A stretch of DNA of 32,000 nt from an uncultured Planctomycetia bacterium (lineage in GTDB: Bacteria; Omnitrophota; Gorgyraeia; Duberdicusellales; 4484-171). A program made the translations under genes and the position numbers. The notes beneath the pieces were generated by a model. The model was given only the letters and a program-made list of their open reading frames with translations, searched no databases and was not told where the DNA came from. This document shows, in pieces, positions 20,917 to 31,633 of this stretch; positions within the stretch are counted from its first letter, which is position 1, and each line of letters starts with the position of its first letter. The stretch lies in assembly GCA_964536865.1 (NCBI GenBank), contig CAZHYN010000003.1, positions 58,435 through 90,434 on the forward strand, given 5' to 3'.

Positions 20917-23900
20917 TTTTCCACCTCTATCTCTCTATGTACTTTTAATCCTGTTCCTGCGGGAATGAGATGTCCTACGATAACATTCTCTTTTAATCCT
21001 TTTAATTCATCTACTTTACCACTAGCAGCTGCTTCTGCCAATACCCGAGTTGTTTCCTGAAAACTAGCTGCAGAGATAAAACTCTTTGTACTTAAGGAAG
21101 CTTTAGTAATTCCTAAAAGAAGAGGTGAAGCAGTAGCAGGTTTTCCTCCTTTTTTAATTATCTTTTCATTCTCTTTACGGAAATCCCATTTATCTACAGC
21201 TTCGCCAGGAAGAAATGTAGTGTCTCCTGGATCTAATATCCGTACTTTTTTAAGCATCTCCCTTATAATAAGTTCTATATGTTTGTCATTGATTCTTATC
21301 CCTTGTAGGCGGTATACCTCCTGTATTTCATTAACTAAGTATTCTTGTAGAACTTTATCTCCGCATACTCTAAGAATATCTTGTAAGACAATAGGGCCCT
21401 CAGTAAGTTGTTGTCCAGCGGTTACCTTATCTCCTCGGTAGACGATAGGATGTGTTCCTTGAGGAATAGTATATTCTCTTTTCATTCCTGTAGGACTTCT
21501 TACAATAATTTTCCTTTCCCCTTTTTCTTCTTTAAATTCTACAAATCCATCTATTTCACTTATAATAGCAGGATTTTTTGGTCGGCGCGCTTCAAAGAGC
21601 TCAGCTACTCTTGGTAATCCTCCAGTAATATCCCTAGTTTTGGCTACCAACCGAGGAGTTTTAGCTACCACATCTCCAGCTTCCACCATTTGATTTTCCT
21701 CTACCATTATATGAGCTCCCGTAGGTAAAGGATATATTCCTAAAACCTCGTCCTTTTCTGAAAGGATGATTATTTGAGGGTGGTAATCTCCTTTAAATTC
21801 TATAACTACTCTCTCTTTTCTACCGGTAGTTAAATTCATTTCTTCTTGAATGGTAACCCCATCAATAATGTCTTCGTATTTTACTTTCCCAGATACTTCG
21901 GTAAGAATGGGAGAAGAGTAAGGATCCCATCTTACAAAAAATTTGTTTTTCTCTACCCAATCGCCTTCTTTTACATAGAGAAATGCTCCTTGAGGAATAG
22001 GGTTTCTTTGAAGTTCGATTCCCTTTTCGCTATTTATGCTTATCATACCATTTCTATTTAGAACTACGAACATTTTTCCTTTAGGAGCTACCTTCAAGTT
22101 ATGGTACTTAATGTAACCTTCTTCTTTAGTTTTAATAAAAGACCGTTCGGCAACTCGAGAAGCTGTACCTCCTATATGAAACGTTCTCATAGTAAGCTGA
22201 GTTCCGGGTTCTCCTATCGATTGAGCAGCAATTACTCCTACCGCTTCTCCTACTTCCACCATTTTACCTGTAGCTAAGTTTCTTCCATAACACTTCACAC
22301 ATACTCCTCTTTCTGACTCACAAGTAAGAACACTTCTTATTCTTATTTTTTCTAATCCCAATCTTTCTATTTTTTCTGCCTTCTCCTCAGTAATTTCTTC
22401 GCCTGCTTTTACAATAATCTCATCAGTAATTATATCTACAATATTGTCTAAAGCTACCCTTCCTATAATTCTTTCCTTAAGAGGGACTACCACTTCGTCC
22501 CCTTCTACAATTTCAGAAACAGTTATGCCATTTACTGTTTTACAATCTTCTTCTATTACAATTACCTCTTGAGCAACATCTACTAATCGTCGAGTAAGAT
22601 AACCGGCATCAGCAGTCTTTAAGGCAGTGTCTGCTAATCCTTTTCTTGCTCCATGGGTAGAGATAAAGTATTCTAAAACCGTTAGTCCTTCTCGGAAGTT
22701 AGAAATAATTGGGTTTTCAATGATTTCTCCCGATGGCTTTGCCATTAATCCTCGCATCCCTGCTAATTGTCTAATCTGTAGTTTAGAACCCCTCGCTCCT
22801 GAGTCTGCCATCATGTAGATAGGATTAAAGTCATCTAGATTTTTAAAAACTAAATCAGAGACTTTATCTGTAGTTTTTGTCCATATATCTATGATTTTAT
22901 TGTGCCTTTCTCGTTCAGTGATTATTCCTTTTCTGTACTGGTCTTCTACCTTAGCTAATTCTTCATTTGCTTCTTGAATACAATCTTGCTTTTGAGGAGG
23001 AATTTGTAGATCTTCCATTCCTATACTAATTCCTCCTAAAGTAGCATATTCAAAGCCAATGTCTTTTAAAGCATCTAGTAAAACTATAGTAGCGTGATGA
23101 CCGAATCTTTTGTAGCACTCACTTACTATATTAGCTACTTTCTTTTTGTCCAAAACTTCGTTAATAAATCCAAAACCTTTGGGTAGAATTTGATTAAAAA
23201 TTATCCTCCCTACAGTAGTATCAATAATCTTGTCTTCTCCATTTTCTTGAATTCGAACTTTGACTTTAGCGTGAAGAGCTACTTCTTCATCTTGATAAGC
23301 AGTGATTGCTTCATCAAACGAAGAAAATACTAAACCTTCTCCTTTTTCACCATCTTTTTCTAAAGTAAGGTAACGACATCCTAAGATCATGTCTTGGCTA
23401 GGAGTAATGATAGGACGGCCATCGGCAGGAGAGAATATATTATTTACGGAAAGCATAATAATTCTTGCTTCCGACTGCGCCTCTAATGATAAAGGAACAT
23501 GGACTGCCATTTGGTCTCCATCGAAATCAGCATTAAACGGTGCACAAACCAAAGGATGAAGTTTAATAGCCTTCCCTTCAATCAATTTAGGGAAGAAAGC
23601 CTGAATGCTGAGACGATGTAAAGTTGGAGCACGGTTTAAGAGTACTGGATGACCTCTTATTACTTCTTCTAAGATATCCCACACTTCTACTCTTGCACGT
23701 TCTACCATTCGACGTGCACCCTTTATAGTATGCACGAACCCTTTTTCTCTTAACTTTCTTATAATATAGGGTTCAAATAGTTCTAAAGCCATCTGTTTGG
23801 GTATTCCACATTCATGAAGTTTTAACTCTGGACCAACAACAATCACACTTCTTCCTGAATAATCTACTCTTTTTCCTAAAAGATTCTGACGGAACCGGCC

Positions 23901-24869
23901 TTGTTTGCCTTTGAGCATATCAGAAAGACTTTTTAATGGTCTATTTTGATGGCCCATTACTGGACGACCATGGCGACCATTTTCTATAAGGGCATCTACT
24001 GCTTCTTGAAGCATTCTTCTTTCATTTCTAATTATAATCTCGGGAGCTCTTAGAGAGATGAGTTTCTTTAAACGATTATTTCTGTTAATTACTCTCCGGT
24101 ATAAATCATTCAGGTCAGAGGAGGCAAATCTCCCCCCTTCTAAAGGAACAAGAGGACGTAAATCAGGAGGGATTACTGGAAGAACTTCTAAGACCATCCA
24201 CTCTGGACGATTACCCGAACGTTTAAAATCTTCTATAATTTTTAATCTTCTTAAAAGTCTTTTATTTGTTCGATTGTTTTGTATTTCCTTTCTAATCTCT
24301 CTACTCAATTTATCCAGGTTTATTTCTTTGAGAAGTTCTTTAATTGCTTGTGCTCCTATATCTGCTTTAAAGTTACCTTTATACTCTTTTAGTGCTCTTT
24401 GGTATTCTTCTTCATTAAGTAATTGTTTCTTTTTCAAAGGAGTATCTTGAGGATCAATCACTATATACTCCTCATAATAAATTACCTTTTCCAATTCTTT
24501 AACGCTTAAATCTAAGATAGCTCCAATTCTTGAAGGAATTACTTTAAAGAACCATATATGAACACAAGGGCTAGCTAGATCTATATGTCCCATTCGTTGC
24601 CTTCTCACCGAGGAATGTAGAACCTCTACGCCACAACGGTCACATCTTAATCCTTTAAACTTTATACCTTTAAGCTTTCCACAGTGGCACTCCCAGTCTT
24701 TTACAGGACCAAAGATTTTTTCACAGAAGAGTCCATCCTTTTCTGGTTTAAGTGTTCGATAATTTAAAGTTTCTGCTTTTTTTACTCCCCCACTAGACCA
24801 ACTTCTAATAATCTGTGGGGAAGCCAACTTTATACTTACACGATCAAAAAAGGCACTTTCTTCAATCAT
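20904..24869 (-). CDS. rpoC: DNA-directed RNA polymerase beta' subunit
   Basis: The catalytic NADFDGDQM motif and the N-terminal zinc site CHCGK...CDRCG are present. I place the start at ATG 24869..24867 ([18 protein letters not shown]...), which forms an ATGA overlap with the rpoB stop. The ORF-track start at 24905 would add 12 residues inside rpoB. Confidence 0.96.
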   Translation of the reverse strand: MIEESAFFDRVSIKLASPQIIRSWSSGGVKKAETLNYRTLKPEKDGLFCEKIFGPVKDWECHCGKLKGIKFKGLRCDRCGVEVLHSSVRRQRMGHIDLASPCVHIWFFKVIPSRIGAILDLSVKELEKVIYYEEYIVIDPQDTPLKKKQLLNEEEYQRALKEYKGNFKADIGAQAIKELLKEINLDKLSREIRKEIQNNRTNKRLLRRLKIIEDFKRSGNRPEWMVLEVLPVIPPDLRPLVPLEGGRFASSDLNDLYRRVINRNNRLKKLISLRAPEIIIRNERRMLQEAVDALIENGRHGRPVMGHQNRPLKSLSDMLKGKQGRFRQNLLGKRVDYSGRSVIVVGPELKLHECGIPKQMALELFEPYIIRKLREKGFVHTIKGARRMVERARVEVWDILEEVIRGHPVLLNRAPTLHRLSIQAFFPKLIEGKAIKLHPLVCAPFNADFDGDQMAVHVPLSLEAQSEARIIMLSVNNIFSPADGRPIITPSQDMILGCRYLTLEKDGEKGEGLVFSSFDEAITAYQDEEVALHAKVKVRIQENGEDKIIDTTVGRIIFNQILPKGFGFINEVLDKKKVANIVSECYKRFGHHATIVLLDALKDIGFEYATLGGISIGMEDLQIPPQKQDCIQEANEELAKVEDQYRKGIITERERHNKIIDIWTKTTDKVSDLVFKNLDDFNPIYMMADSGARGSKLQIRQLAGMRGLMAKPSGEIIENPIISNFREGLTVLEYFISTHGARKGLADTALKTADAGYLTRRLVDVAQEVIVIEEDCKTVNGITVSEIVEGDEVVVPLKERIIGRVALDNIVDIITDEIIVKAGEEITEEKAEKIERLGLEKIRIRSVLTCESERGVCVKCYGRNLATGKMVEVGEAVGVIAAQSIGEPGTQLTMRTFHIGGTASRVAERSFIKTKEEGYIKYHNLKVAPKGKMFVVLNRNGMISINSEKGIELQRNPIPQGAFLYVKEGDWVEKNKFFVRWDPYSSPILTEVSGKVKYEDIIDGVTIQEEMNLTTGRKERVVIEFKGDYHPQIIILSEKDEVLGIYPLPTGAHIMVEENQMVEAGDVVAKTPRLVAKTRDITGGLPRVAELFEARRPKNPAIISEIDGFVEFKEEKGERKIIVRSPTGMKREYTIPQGTHPIVYRGDKVTAGQQLTEGPIVLQDILRVCGDKVLQEYLVNEIQEVYRLQGIRINDKHIELIIREMLKKVRILDPGDTTFLPGEAVDKWDFRKENEKIIKKGGKPATASPLLLGITKASLSTKSFISAASFQETTRVLAEAAASGKVDELKGLKENVIVGHLIPAGTGLKVHREIEVEKCQQ

Positions 24870-27800
24870 ATTTTGGACTCCTTTTTTGCCCTTATATCTA
24901 AACATAAACCTTGTAATTCCCTCATCAGAACATTGAAAGATTCAGGAACCGATGGTTTAAATTTTTGTTCTCCTCTTACAATAGCCTCGTATATTCGAGT
25001 TCTTCCCTCAACGTCATCACTTTTAACAGTAAGAATTTCTTGGAGAGTAAAAGCAGCTCCATAGGCTTCTAAAGCCCACACTTCCATTTCTCCAAAACGT
25101 TGTCCTCCAAATTGCGCTTTTCCTCCCAATGGTTGTTGAGTAATTAAAGAATAGGGTCCAATTGCACGAGCATGGATTTTATCATCTACCATATGAATAA
25201 GTTTCATTATATACATATATCCTACAGTAACCCTTTGGCTAAAAGGTTTTCCTGTATAACCATCATAGCAGATAGTTTTTCCATCCTCAGGTAAATTAGC
25301 TTTTTTAAGTAAATTTTTTATCTCTCCTTCTCTTACTCCTTCAAATACAGGCGTAGCTATTTTTATCCCTAATTTCTGAGCTGCCCAACCAAGATGAGCT
25401 TCCAAGAGCTGACCAACATTCATTCGTGAAGGTACTCCTAAAGGATTAAGCACTATATCTACAGGAGTTCCATCTTCTAAGAAAGGCATATCTTCCTCAG
25501 GAAGGATTTTGGCAATTACTCCTTTGTTTCCGTGTCTTCCTGAAAGTTTGTCTCCTACAGAAATCTTTCTTTTCATAGCTACGTATACCACCACTCTCTT
25601 TAACACTCCTGCAGGAAGCTCATCGCCCTTCTTAATTTTTGTTATTTCCAGTTCTTTCTCTATTTCTAACTCTTGTAAACGTTCTTCATAGATATTAAGT
25701 ATCGCTCTTGCATCTTCATTACCTTCCAAATCTTTCTTACGTATCCTATCCTCACTTTTTCCTAAAAGCGCAGAGATTCTTTTCATTTTTTCTTTTTCTA
25801 AGATCTCTTTCTCTTCTTGATAATATTTTTCAATCTCTTTCAATTTTCTCAATTCTTCGGTTTTTTCTTTTTTAGATTTTCTACCTCTTTCTTTTCTTTG
25901 GAATACTTCCACATTAATAACTACTCCATAGACTCCTGGAGGTACTCTTAAAGATGTATCTTTTACATCGGCTGCTTTTTCTCCAAATATCGCTCTAAGC
26001 AACCTTTCCTCAGGTGAAAGTTCTTTTTCTGTTTTAGGGGTTACTCTTCCTACCAAGATGTCATCAGGCATTACTTCTGCACCAATTCTTACGATTCCAT
26101 TTTCGTCAAGATTCTTTAAAGCCTCTTCGCTTACATTAGGAATATCTCTGGTTAACTCTTCGTTTCCTAATCTAGTTTCTCGAGCTTCTATTTCAAATTT
26201 CTCTATGTGAAGGCTGGTTAGAATATCCTCTTTTACCAACCGCTCACTTATTACTATAGCATCTTCAAAGTTATAACCTCTCCAAGGAAGAAAAGCTACC
26301 AAAAGATTTCTCCCTAAGGCTAATTCTCCATTCTTTGTCGCCATTCCATCAGCAATGATATCCCCCTTTCTTACATAATCACCTTTCCTCACTAAGGGCC
26401 TTTGGTTTATACAAGTATCAGCGTTAGAACGCTTAAACTTTTTCAAATAATAGGTAAATTTACCAATCTTGATATGCTCAGCATCTACTTCCTCTACGTA
26501 CCCTGCCTCTTTTGCTATCACTACTGCTCCTGACTCCCTAGCCACCTTCTCTTCCATTCCTGTAGCTACAGTAGGTTCTTCGGTAAAAAGTAAAGGTACT
26601 GCCTGCCTTTGCATGTTAGACCCCATAAGAGCGCGGTTAGCATCATCGTGCTCTAAAAAGGGAATTAAAGAGGCAGAAACAGAAACTATCTGTTTAGGTG
26701 AAACATCCATATACTCTACTGTTTCAGGTTTCACTTTGGGGAATTTCCCTTTGTAACGGCAATATATCTCTTTATCTCTTATCTTCCCATCATCTCCAAT
26801 ATTGACTGTTATTTGAGCAATCATTTTATTTTCTTCTTCGTCAGGAGTAAGATATTCTATTCTGTCTAATACTCTTTTATCTTCTACTTTCCTATAAGGA
26901 GTAATTAAAAACCCTAAAGGGTTAATCCTTGCATAGGTAGTCAGAGAAGTAAGTAAGCCAATGTTAGGGCCTTCAGGAGTTTCAATAGGGCAAATTCTTC
27001 CATAATGGGAAGGATGGACGTCTCTTACTTCAAAACCTGCTCTTTCTCGAGACAACCCTCCTGGCCCCATAGATGAAAGTCTCCGTTTATGAGTAATTTC
27101 TGCTAAAGGGTTAGTCTGGTCCATGAATTGAGAGAGGGGGCTTCGAGCAAAAAAGTCGTGAATTTGCATAGAGAAGGCACGGGAGTTTATAAGATGCTGG
27201 ATAGAAAAGTCATTGGTAGAGACTAAAGAGCATCTTTCTAAAAAAGTACGTTCTACTCTAAAAAGCCCAACTCTTACCTGATGCTGAAGGAGTTCTCCGA
27301 TTAATTTCACTCTTCGATTACTTAAGTGATCAATATCATCGACTTCTTTTTCTCCATTTTTAACTTTTAAAAGATTCTTAAGTATTTCCACTATAGTTTC
27401 TAAATCTAAATTTCGTTTATTCAAAGATACATTCATGTTGAGTTTCTTGTTAAGAAGATATCGTCCCACTCTAGCTAAGTCGTATCTTCGAGAGTCCAAA
27501 AACATCCTCCTAAATACTTCTTTAGCTGCTTCTAAAGTAACAGGTTCAGTAGGTCTCATTCGCTTATAGAAATCTAAAAATGCTTCCTCTTGATTTTTGG
27601 TGGAATCCTTTTTTACAGTATTCACAATTTCTGGATAAGGCTTATCAGAAAAGGCTTTGTAGATATCATCATTAGTAGAGAGTCCTAAAAGTCTTAAAAT
27701 CTGTGTAGCGGGGAACGTCTTTCTCCGATCAACAATTGCAGTAATAGTATCGTGAATATCACACCTAAATTCTAACCAATACCCTCTGTAAGGAATTATC

Positions 27801-28285
27801 CGTGCGTAATATATCCTTTTTCCTGTGGGATGAGTTTCTTCTTCAAAAAATACTCCTGGAGAACGCTGAAGCTGACTTACTATAGTTCTTTCATCACCAT
27901 TAATAATAAAAGATGCTACTTCAGTCATTAAAGGAATATCTCCTAAATAGATTTCCTGTTCCTTAATTGTATTGGAAGGACCGAGTAAACGCAGTCTTAC
28001 TCTCAAAGGTGCACAGTAAGTTTGGGAACGACGTTTACACTCTTGGGGAGTATATCTAGGTCTACTTAAAGAGTAAGATACAAACTCCAATCTGTACTGT
28101 TTATCTGGAGATTCCATAGGGAAGACCTCATTAAAAATTTCCTGAAGTCCAATATTCCTTCTCCTTTCCGGAACTACATCCATCTGGAGAAATTCTTTAA
28201 AAGAATTAAGCTGATGTTCTAAAAAGTGAGGCATATAAATATCTTTTTTACTTTTGGAAAAATATTCTCTTTTTACCCATTTCAT
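24866..28285 (-). CDS. rpoB: DNA-directed RNA polymerase beta subunit
   Basis: 1139 aa with ...[13 protein letters not shown]..., ...NMQRQAVPL... and ...[15 protein letters not shown].... Confidence 0.98.
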   Translation of the reverse strand: MKWVKREYFSKSKKDIYMPHFLEHQLNSFKEFLQMDVVPERRRNIGLQEIFNEVFPMESPDKQYRLEFVSYSLSRPRYTPQECKRRSQTYCAPLRVRLRLLGPSNTIKEQEIYLGDIPLMTEVASFIINGDERTIVSQLQRSPGVFFEEETHPTGKRIYYARIIPYRGYWLEFRCDIHDTITAIVDRRKTFPATQILRLLGLSTNDDIYKAFSDKPYPEIVNTVKKDSTKNQEEAFLDFYKRMRPTEPVTLEAAKEVFRRMFLDSRRYDLARVGRYLLNKKLNMNVSLNKRNLDLETIVEILKNLLKVKNGEKEVDDIDHLSNRRVKLIGELLQHQVRVGLFRVERTFLERCSLVSTNDFSIQHLINSRAFSMQIHDFFARSPLSQFMDQTNPLAEITHKRRLSSMGPGGLSRERAGFEVRDVHPSHYGRICPIETPEGPNIGLLTSLTTYARINPLGFLITPYRKVEDKRVLDRIEYLTPDEEENKMIAQITVNIGDDGKIRDKEIYCRYKGKFPKVKPETVEYMDVSPKQIVSVSASLIPFLEHDDANRALMGSNMQRQAVPLLFTEEPTVATGMEEKVARESGAVVIAKEAGYVEEVDAEHIKIGKFTYYLKKFKRSNADTCINQRPLVRKGDYVRKGDIIADGMATKNGELALGRNLLVAFLPWRGYNFEDAIVISERLVKEDILTSLHIEKFEIEARETRLGNEELTRDIPNVSEEALKNLDENGIVRIGAEVMPDDILVGRVTPKTEKELSPEERLLRAIFGEKAADVKDTSLRVPPGVYGVVINVEVFQRKERGRKSKKEKTEELRKLKEIEKYYQEEKEILEKEKMKRISALLGKSEDRIRKKDLEGNEDARAILNIYEERLQELEIEKELEITKIKKGDELPAGVLKRVVVYVAMKRKISVGDKLSGRHGNKGVIAKILPEEDMPFLEDGTPVDIVLNPLGVPSRMNVGQLLEAHLGWAAQKLGIKIATPVFEGVREGEIKNLLKKANLPEDGKTICYDGYTGKPFSQRVTVGYMYIMKLIHMVDDKIHARAIGPYSLITQQPLGGKAQFGGQRFGEMEVWALEAYGAAFTLQEILTVKSDDVEGRTRIYEAIVRGEQKFKPSVPESFNVLMRELQGLCLDIRAKKESKI

Positions 28286-28317
28286 TTTCCGTTCCCCTAT
28301 AGAATTCTAAATTATTA

Positions 28318-28692
28318 TTACTTTAATTCCACAGCAGCTCCTGCGGCCTCTAATTTCTTCTTAATCTCCTCTGCCTCTTCTTTAGAAACATTTTCTTTTA
28401 CAGGTTTAGGGACAGAATCCACTAATTCCTTAGCTTCTTTTAATCCTAGATCAGTGATTGTTCTTATTTCTTTAATTACTGCAATCTTATTTGATCCAGC
28501 ACTGGTGAGTACGATAGTGAAGGATGTCTTTTCCTCCTTTTCTTCTTGAGCTGGTGCAGCTCCTACTCCCGCAGCAACTACTGGGGCAGCGGCTTTTACG
28601 CCAAACTTTTCTTCGCATTTCTTTACCAGCTCAGAAAGCTCCATCACTGTCATCTCTTCCAGCATTTTTAATACTTCGTCAACCCTTGACAT
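28318..28692 (-). CDS. rplL: 50S ribosomal protein L7/L12
   Basis: 124 aa with an N-terminal dimerisation helix, an Ala/Pro-rich hinge ([15 protein letters not shown]) and a C-terminal domain ...[19 protein letters not shown].... Confidence 0.97.
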   Translation of the reverse strand: MSRVDEVLKMLEEMTVMELSELVKKCEEKFGVKAAAPVVAAGVGAAPAQEEKEEKTSFTIVLTSAGSNKIAVIKEIRTITDLGLKEAKELVDSVPKPVKENVSKEEAEEIKKKLEAAGAAVELK

Positions 28693-28705
28693 ATTTACCT
28701 CCCTT

Positions 28706-29242
28706 TTAGCTACCTCTCTTTTTCTTCAATTCTTCTACTAACCATACAAATTTTAAGATAACCTGATTTAGACTGTTGATAAACCCGGTTAAGGGAGAAG
28801 CTAACCCCATTACCGCCATCCCTAAAAGGACCTCTCGTGAGGGTAATTTTGCTAACTCTAGAATCTGGGTTTCTTCTATTCTCTTATCCTTTAAGTATCC
28901 TCCTTTTAAAGTCATAGAGCCTTCATTTTCCTTACTAAAATTAACTAAAATCCTACAAACTTTAACTATGTCCTCATCAAATATAAATACTAACCCTGTG
29001 GAGTCTTTTAAGAAACCATTAAAATCGACTACTATTTCTTGCAAGGCTCTTTTGATAAGTGAGTTTTTAGAAACAAAGATAATGGCATTTGTCTTTTTTA
29101 ATTCATTCCTTAATTGATTAAAAGCAAATGCTTTAAGTTTATTAAAGCCGATAAATAAATAACCTTGTGATTGGGAAACTTTTGTCTTAATTTCCTCAAC
29201 TATCCTTTCACGAAAAAGTAATCCTACTTTTTTAACTATCAT
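28706..29242 (-). CDS. rplJ: 50S ribosomal protein L10
   Basis: 178 aa, located between rplA and rplL. ...[23 protein letters not shown]... is typical of L10. Confidence 0.94.
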   Translation of the reverse strand: MIVKKVGLLFRERIVEEIKTKVSQSQGYLFIGFNKLKAFAFNQLRNELKKTNAIIFVSKNSLIKRALQEIVVDFNGFLKDSTGLVFIFDEDIVKVCRILVNFSKENEGSMTLKGGYLKDKRIEETQILELAKLPSREVLLGMAVMGLASPLTGFINSLNQVILKFVWLVEELKKKRGS

Positions 29243-29922
29243 TTCACATCAACTTTTACACTCGGACTCATAGATAAAGATAGATGTACCGATTTTATAA
29301 ATTCCCCTTTCACGTTTTGAGGTTTAGCATTCTTTAGAGCATTTAAAAATGTTTCTATATTCTCTTTTAACTTATCTGCAGGAAAGGATATTTTTCCTAT
29401 TCCGGCATGAACACAGCCAGTTTTGTCTATGCGAAAATCCACCTTACCTTTTTTGACTTCCTTAACACTAAAAGTTATATTTTCTGTTACTGTTCCTATT
29501 TTAGGGGAGGGCATGAGTCCCCGGGGCCCCAGAATTCTTCCTAATTTACTCACTATTCGCATCATTTGAGGAGTAGAGATGCAGTAATCAAAATCTAGCC
29601 AGTTCTCCTTAAGAATCTTATCTACTAAATCTTGCCCTCCTACATAATCTGCTCCTGCCTCTTGAGCTTCTTTTTCTTTTTCAGGTTCACAGAAAACCAA
29701 AACTTTTTTCTTTTTACCTGTACCATGAGGAAGCACCACCGAACCTCTTACCATTTGATCTGATTTTTTAGGATCCACATTCAATCGACAAGCTATTTCT
29801 ACCGTTTGATCAAACTTCACAGGAGGCATCTTTTTTAAAACTTCTACTGCTTCTTCTATAGGATAAGTCTTGCTTTTCTCCAGAGTTTGGGTTGCTTGAA
29901 TATATTTTTTCCCTCTTTTCAT
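29239..29922 (-). CDS. rplA: 50S ribosomal protein L1
   Basis: ...[35 protein letters not shown]... is the L1 hallmark. Confidence 0.97.
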   Translation of the reverse strand: MKRGKKYIQATQTLEKSKTYPIEEAVEVLKKMPPVKFDQTVEIACRLNVDPKKSDQMVRGSVVLPHGTGKKKKVLVFCEPEKEKEAQEAGADYVGGQDLVDKILKENWLDFDYCISTPQMMRIVSKLGRILGPRGLMPSPKIGTVTENITFSVKEVKKGKVDFRIDKTGCVHAGIGKISFPADKLKENIETFLNALKNAKPQNVKGEFIKSVHLSLSMSPSVKVDVK

Positions 29923-30356
29923 TCTTCTTTTACTTTTATTCCACAGCTTCTTGCTGTACCTTCAATAATCTTTATCGCTTTTTCTAAATCAGTAGTATTT
30001 AAATCTACTATCTTTTGTCTGGCAATTTCTATTATTTGATCCCTGGTAACTTCACCAATTATTTCTTTCCCTGCTTGACCACTTGCTTTAGCTAAGTTAG
30101 CTGCTCTCTTTAGTAACACTGAAGCAGGGGGGCTTTTAATAATGAAATCAAAACTCTTATCCTCATAAACATTTATTACCACAGGAAGGATTAATCCTTC
30201 CTTCCCTTTTGTACTATCGTTAAATGCCTTACAGAATTGCATAATATTCACCCCATGTTGGCCTAAAGCAGGACCTACTGGAGGAGCAGGGTTAGCACTT
30301 CCTGCAGGAATTTGAAGTTTGATTTGAGCTATAGGTTTTTTCTTTTTCTTGGCCAT
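29919..30356 (-). CDS. rplK: 50S ribosomal protein L11
   Basis: ...[35 protein letters not shown]... is the L11 hallmark. Confidence 0.97.
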   Translation of the reverse strand: MAKKKKKPIAQIKLQIPAGSANPAPPVGPALGQHGVNIMQFCKAFNDSTKGKEGLILPVVINVYEDKSFDFIIKSPPASVLLKRAANLAKASGQAGKEIIGEVTRDQIIEIARQKIVDLNTTDLEKAIKIIEGTARSCGIKVKEE

Positions 30357-30359
30357 AAT

Positions 30360-30887
30360 TTAACTTTTCTCTACTTGCCAGAATTCCAACTCTACAGGAG
30401 TAGTTCTTCCAAAGATAGAGACGCTGACTTTCAATTTACCTTTTTCTATGTTTACTTCTTCTACTACTCCAGTAAAATTAACAAAAGGGCCCTCAACTAC
30501 TCTTACTGTTTCTCCCTTTTCGAAAGTAACTTTTGGAGCGGGTTTGCTCTTGCTCTCTTCTGCTTTCTTAAGAATTTTATTCACTTCTTCTTCTGATATA
30601 GGAAGAGGTTTTCTACCCGGACCTATAAAGTTAGCTACACCAGGTGTTTTCTTAACAAACAGCCAAGTATCATCGTTCATCTCCATATGGATAAGAATGT
30701 ACCCTGGTAAAAATTTTCTTTCTAATAATCTCCTTTTTCCTAACCTTACTTCAGTTATCTGTTCTTTAGGAATAACTACTTTATCTATTATTTCTCCCAT
30801 GTTAAATGCTTTTATCCTCGCTTCTAGATTTGCTTTTGCTTTTTCTTCTGCTCCACTGAGGGTGTGAATAATGAACCACTTCTTCAT
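30360..30887 (-). CDS. nusG: Transcription termination/antitermination factor NusG
   Basis: 175 aa. The NGN domain is MKKWFIIHTLSGAEEKAK... and the C-terminal KOW is ...GETVRVVEGPFVNFTGVVEEV.... Conserved secE-nusG-rplK order. Confidence 0.96.
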   Translation of the reverse strand: MKKWFIIHTLSGAEEKAKANLEARIKAFNMGEIIDKVVIPKEQITEVRLGKRRLLERKFLPGYILIHMEMNDDTWLFVKKTPGVANFIGPGRKPLPISEEEVNKILKKAEESKSKPAPKVTFEKGETVRVVEGPFVNFTGVVEEVNIEKGKLKVSVSIFGRTTPVELEFWQVEKS

Positions 30888-30893
30888 ACTGTT

Positions 30894-31088
30894 CTATTTA
30901 AAAAGGCCTTGAATTATTTTAGTAAGAATTATGTCGATACCTGCGATATATAGAGTGAGGACAGCTGAAGCAATAATTACTACCACGGTAGCTGTTATTA
31001 ATTCTTCTCTGGATGACCAATTGACTTTTTTTAACTCTTCCCTAACTTCTTTTAAAAAACGAGGAAATCTTTTTATTTGTCTAAACAT
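30894..31088 (-). CDS. secE: Preprotein translocase subunit SecE
   Basis: 64 aa with a single TM segment. ...FLKEVREELKKVNWSSREELITATVVVII... is typical of SecE. Immediately upstream of nusG. Confidence 0.93.
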   Translation of the reverse strand: MFRQIKRFPRFLKEVREELKKVNWSSREELITATVVVIIASAVLTLYIAGIDIILTKIIQGLFK

Positions 31089-31120
31089 CTCTTATAGTAG
31101 AATTCAGGCGTGGAGCGAAT

Positions 31121-31171
31121 CGAAACAAATCTCCGCTGAAAGCGGAGTGTGCAAAGCGCATATTTGTTCCG
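31121..31171 (-). terminator. GC-rich nested hairpin in the tRNA-Trp/secE spacer; possible intrinsic terminator or attenuator
   Basis: On the minus strand, CTCCGCT-TTC-AGCGGAG (31147..31131) is a 7-bp stem followed directly by ATTTGTTT. That U-rich tract (31130..31121) can also pair with CGGAACAAAT (31171..31162), giving a 10-bp outer helix with one G-U pair. The element stands out as GC-rich in an AT-rich spacer. Function is inferred only. Confidence 0.3.
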
Positions 31172-31239
31172 ATACTATCTTTTAGTTTAAATTTACCACT
31201 CTTAGATACTTCCCTATATCCCATACTCAAATGTAAACT

Positions 31240-31313
31240 CAGGCCTGGGGCGAGTCGAACGCCCAACTCCTGGTTTTGGAGACCAGTGCTCTAGCCAATT
31301 GAGCTACAGGCCT
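31240..31313 (-). tRNA. trnW: tRNA-Trp, anticodon CCA
   Basis: The minus strand folds by hand as AGGCCTG TA GCTC AATTGGCTA GAGC A CTGGT CTCCAAA ACCAG GAGTT GGGCG TTCGACT CGCCC CAGGCCT G. This gives a 7-bp acceptor stem, a TTCGA T-loop and anticodon loop CT-CCA-AA. No 3' CCA is encoded. Confidence 0.95.
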
Positions 31314-31340
31314 ACAATATCTTTTTTCATCAATCATTTT

Positions 31341-31493
31341 TTAAACTTTAGTTTCTTTATGTTTAGTGTGTTTACGACAAAACCTACAGAATTTATTAAT
31401 GGTAAATTTTTCCTGATGCCGCCTTTTGTTTTTGGTAGTATAATAATTTTTTCTACCGCAGGTAGTACACTCAAGAGCAATTAGTTCTCTCAT
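31341..31493 (-). CDS. rpmG: 50S ribosomal protein L33 (Cys4 zinc form)
   Basis: Not in the ORF track. My minus-strand translation from ATG 31493..31491 is MRELIALECTTCGRKNYYTTKNKRRHQEKFTINKFCRFCRKHTKHKETKV, with TAA at 31343..31341. It has CxxC-x23-CxxC and the usual position upstream of secE. Confidence 0.93.
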   Translation of the reverse strand: MRELIALECTTCGRKNYYTTKNKRRHQEKFTINKFCRFCRKHTKHKETKV

Positions 31494-31633
31494 AATAACT
31501 TAAATAAAATTTGGCTTTCCTATGACAAAAAAAGAGGTTAAACCCCTCCCTTTCCCTTTTTATTAGGTTTTTTCTTTTACTTACCTTATTGTTGATTTTA
31601 TAACCGGTTATCCGGCCTTCTCTCTTTTTTGTT

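Noticed and set aside
24870-24905. 12-codon N-terminal extension of the rpoC ORF ([12 protein letters not shown])
   Set aside because: It overlaps the rpoB C-terminus. The ATG at 24869 gives the conserved beta' N-terminus and a typical ATGA stop/start overlap.
25607-25915. Charged coiled-coil-like stretch in rpoB ([37 protein letters not shown]...[22 protein letters not shown]) as a possible lineage-specific insertion
   Set aside because: It occupies the same position as the helical segment preceding [13 protein letters not shown] in E. coli beta and is shorter than the E. coli version. It is ordinary variable-region sequence, not a new domain.
31089-31239. Possibility that the tRNA-Trp/secE spacer encodes a known small RNA (SRP/4.5S RNA, 6S RNA, or a tRNA fragment)
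   Set aside because: I saw no SRP domain IV motifs, no GNAR tetraloop with a conserved symmetric loop and no cloverleaf. It is too short for 6S RNA. I keep it only as an unclassified structured element.
31081-31266. 61-aa minus-strand ORF (MGVRLAPGLSLHLSMGYREVSK...) from the ORF track, whose stop overlaps the secE start by 8 nt
   Set aside because: Its first 27 nt (31240..31266) lie inside tRNA-Trp. The internal ATGs at 31224 and 31161 have no SD, and the sequence coincides with the GC-rich hairpin region, so an RNA-structure explanation is more economical. A short upstream ORF translationally coupled to secE cannot be strictly excluded.
31531-31560. Possible intrinsic terminator after tRNA-Thr (minus strand GAGGGG-TTTAA-CCTCTT followed by a T-run), and a TTGTCA-16 nt-TATTTA promoter-like match just upstream of rpmG (31501..31528)
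   Set aside because: The stem is only about 6 bp with two G-U pairs. The -10 candidate lacks the conserved final T. Both are too weak to call from sequence alone.
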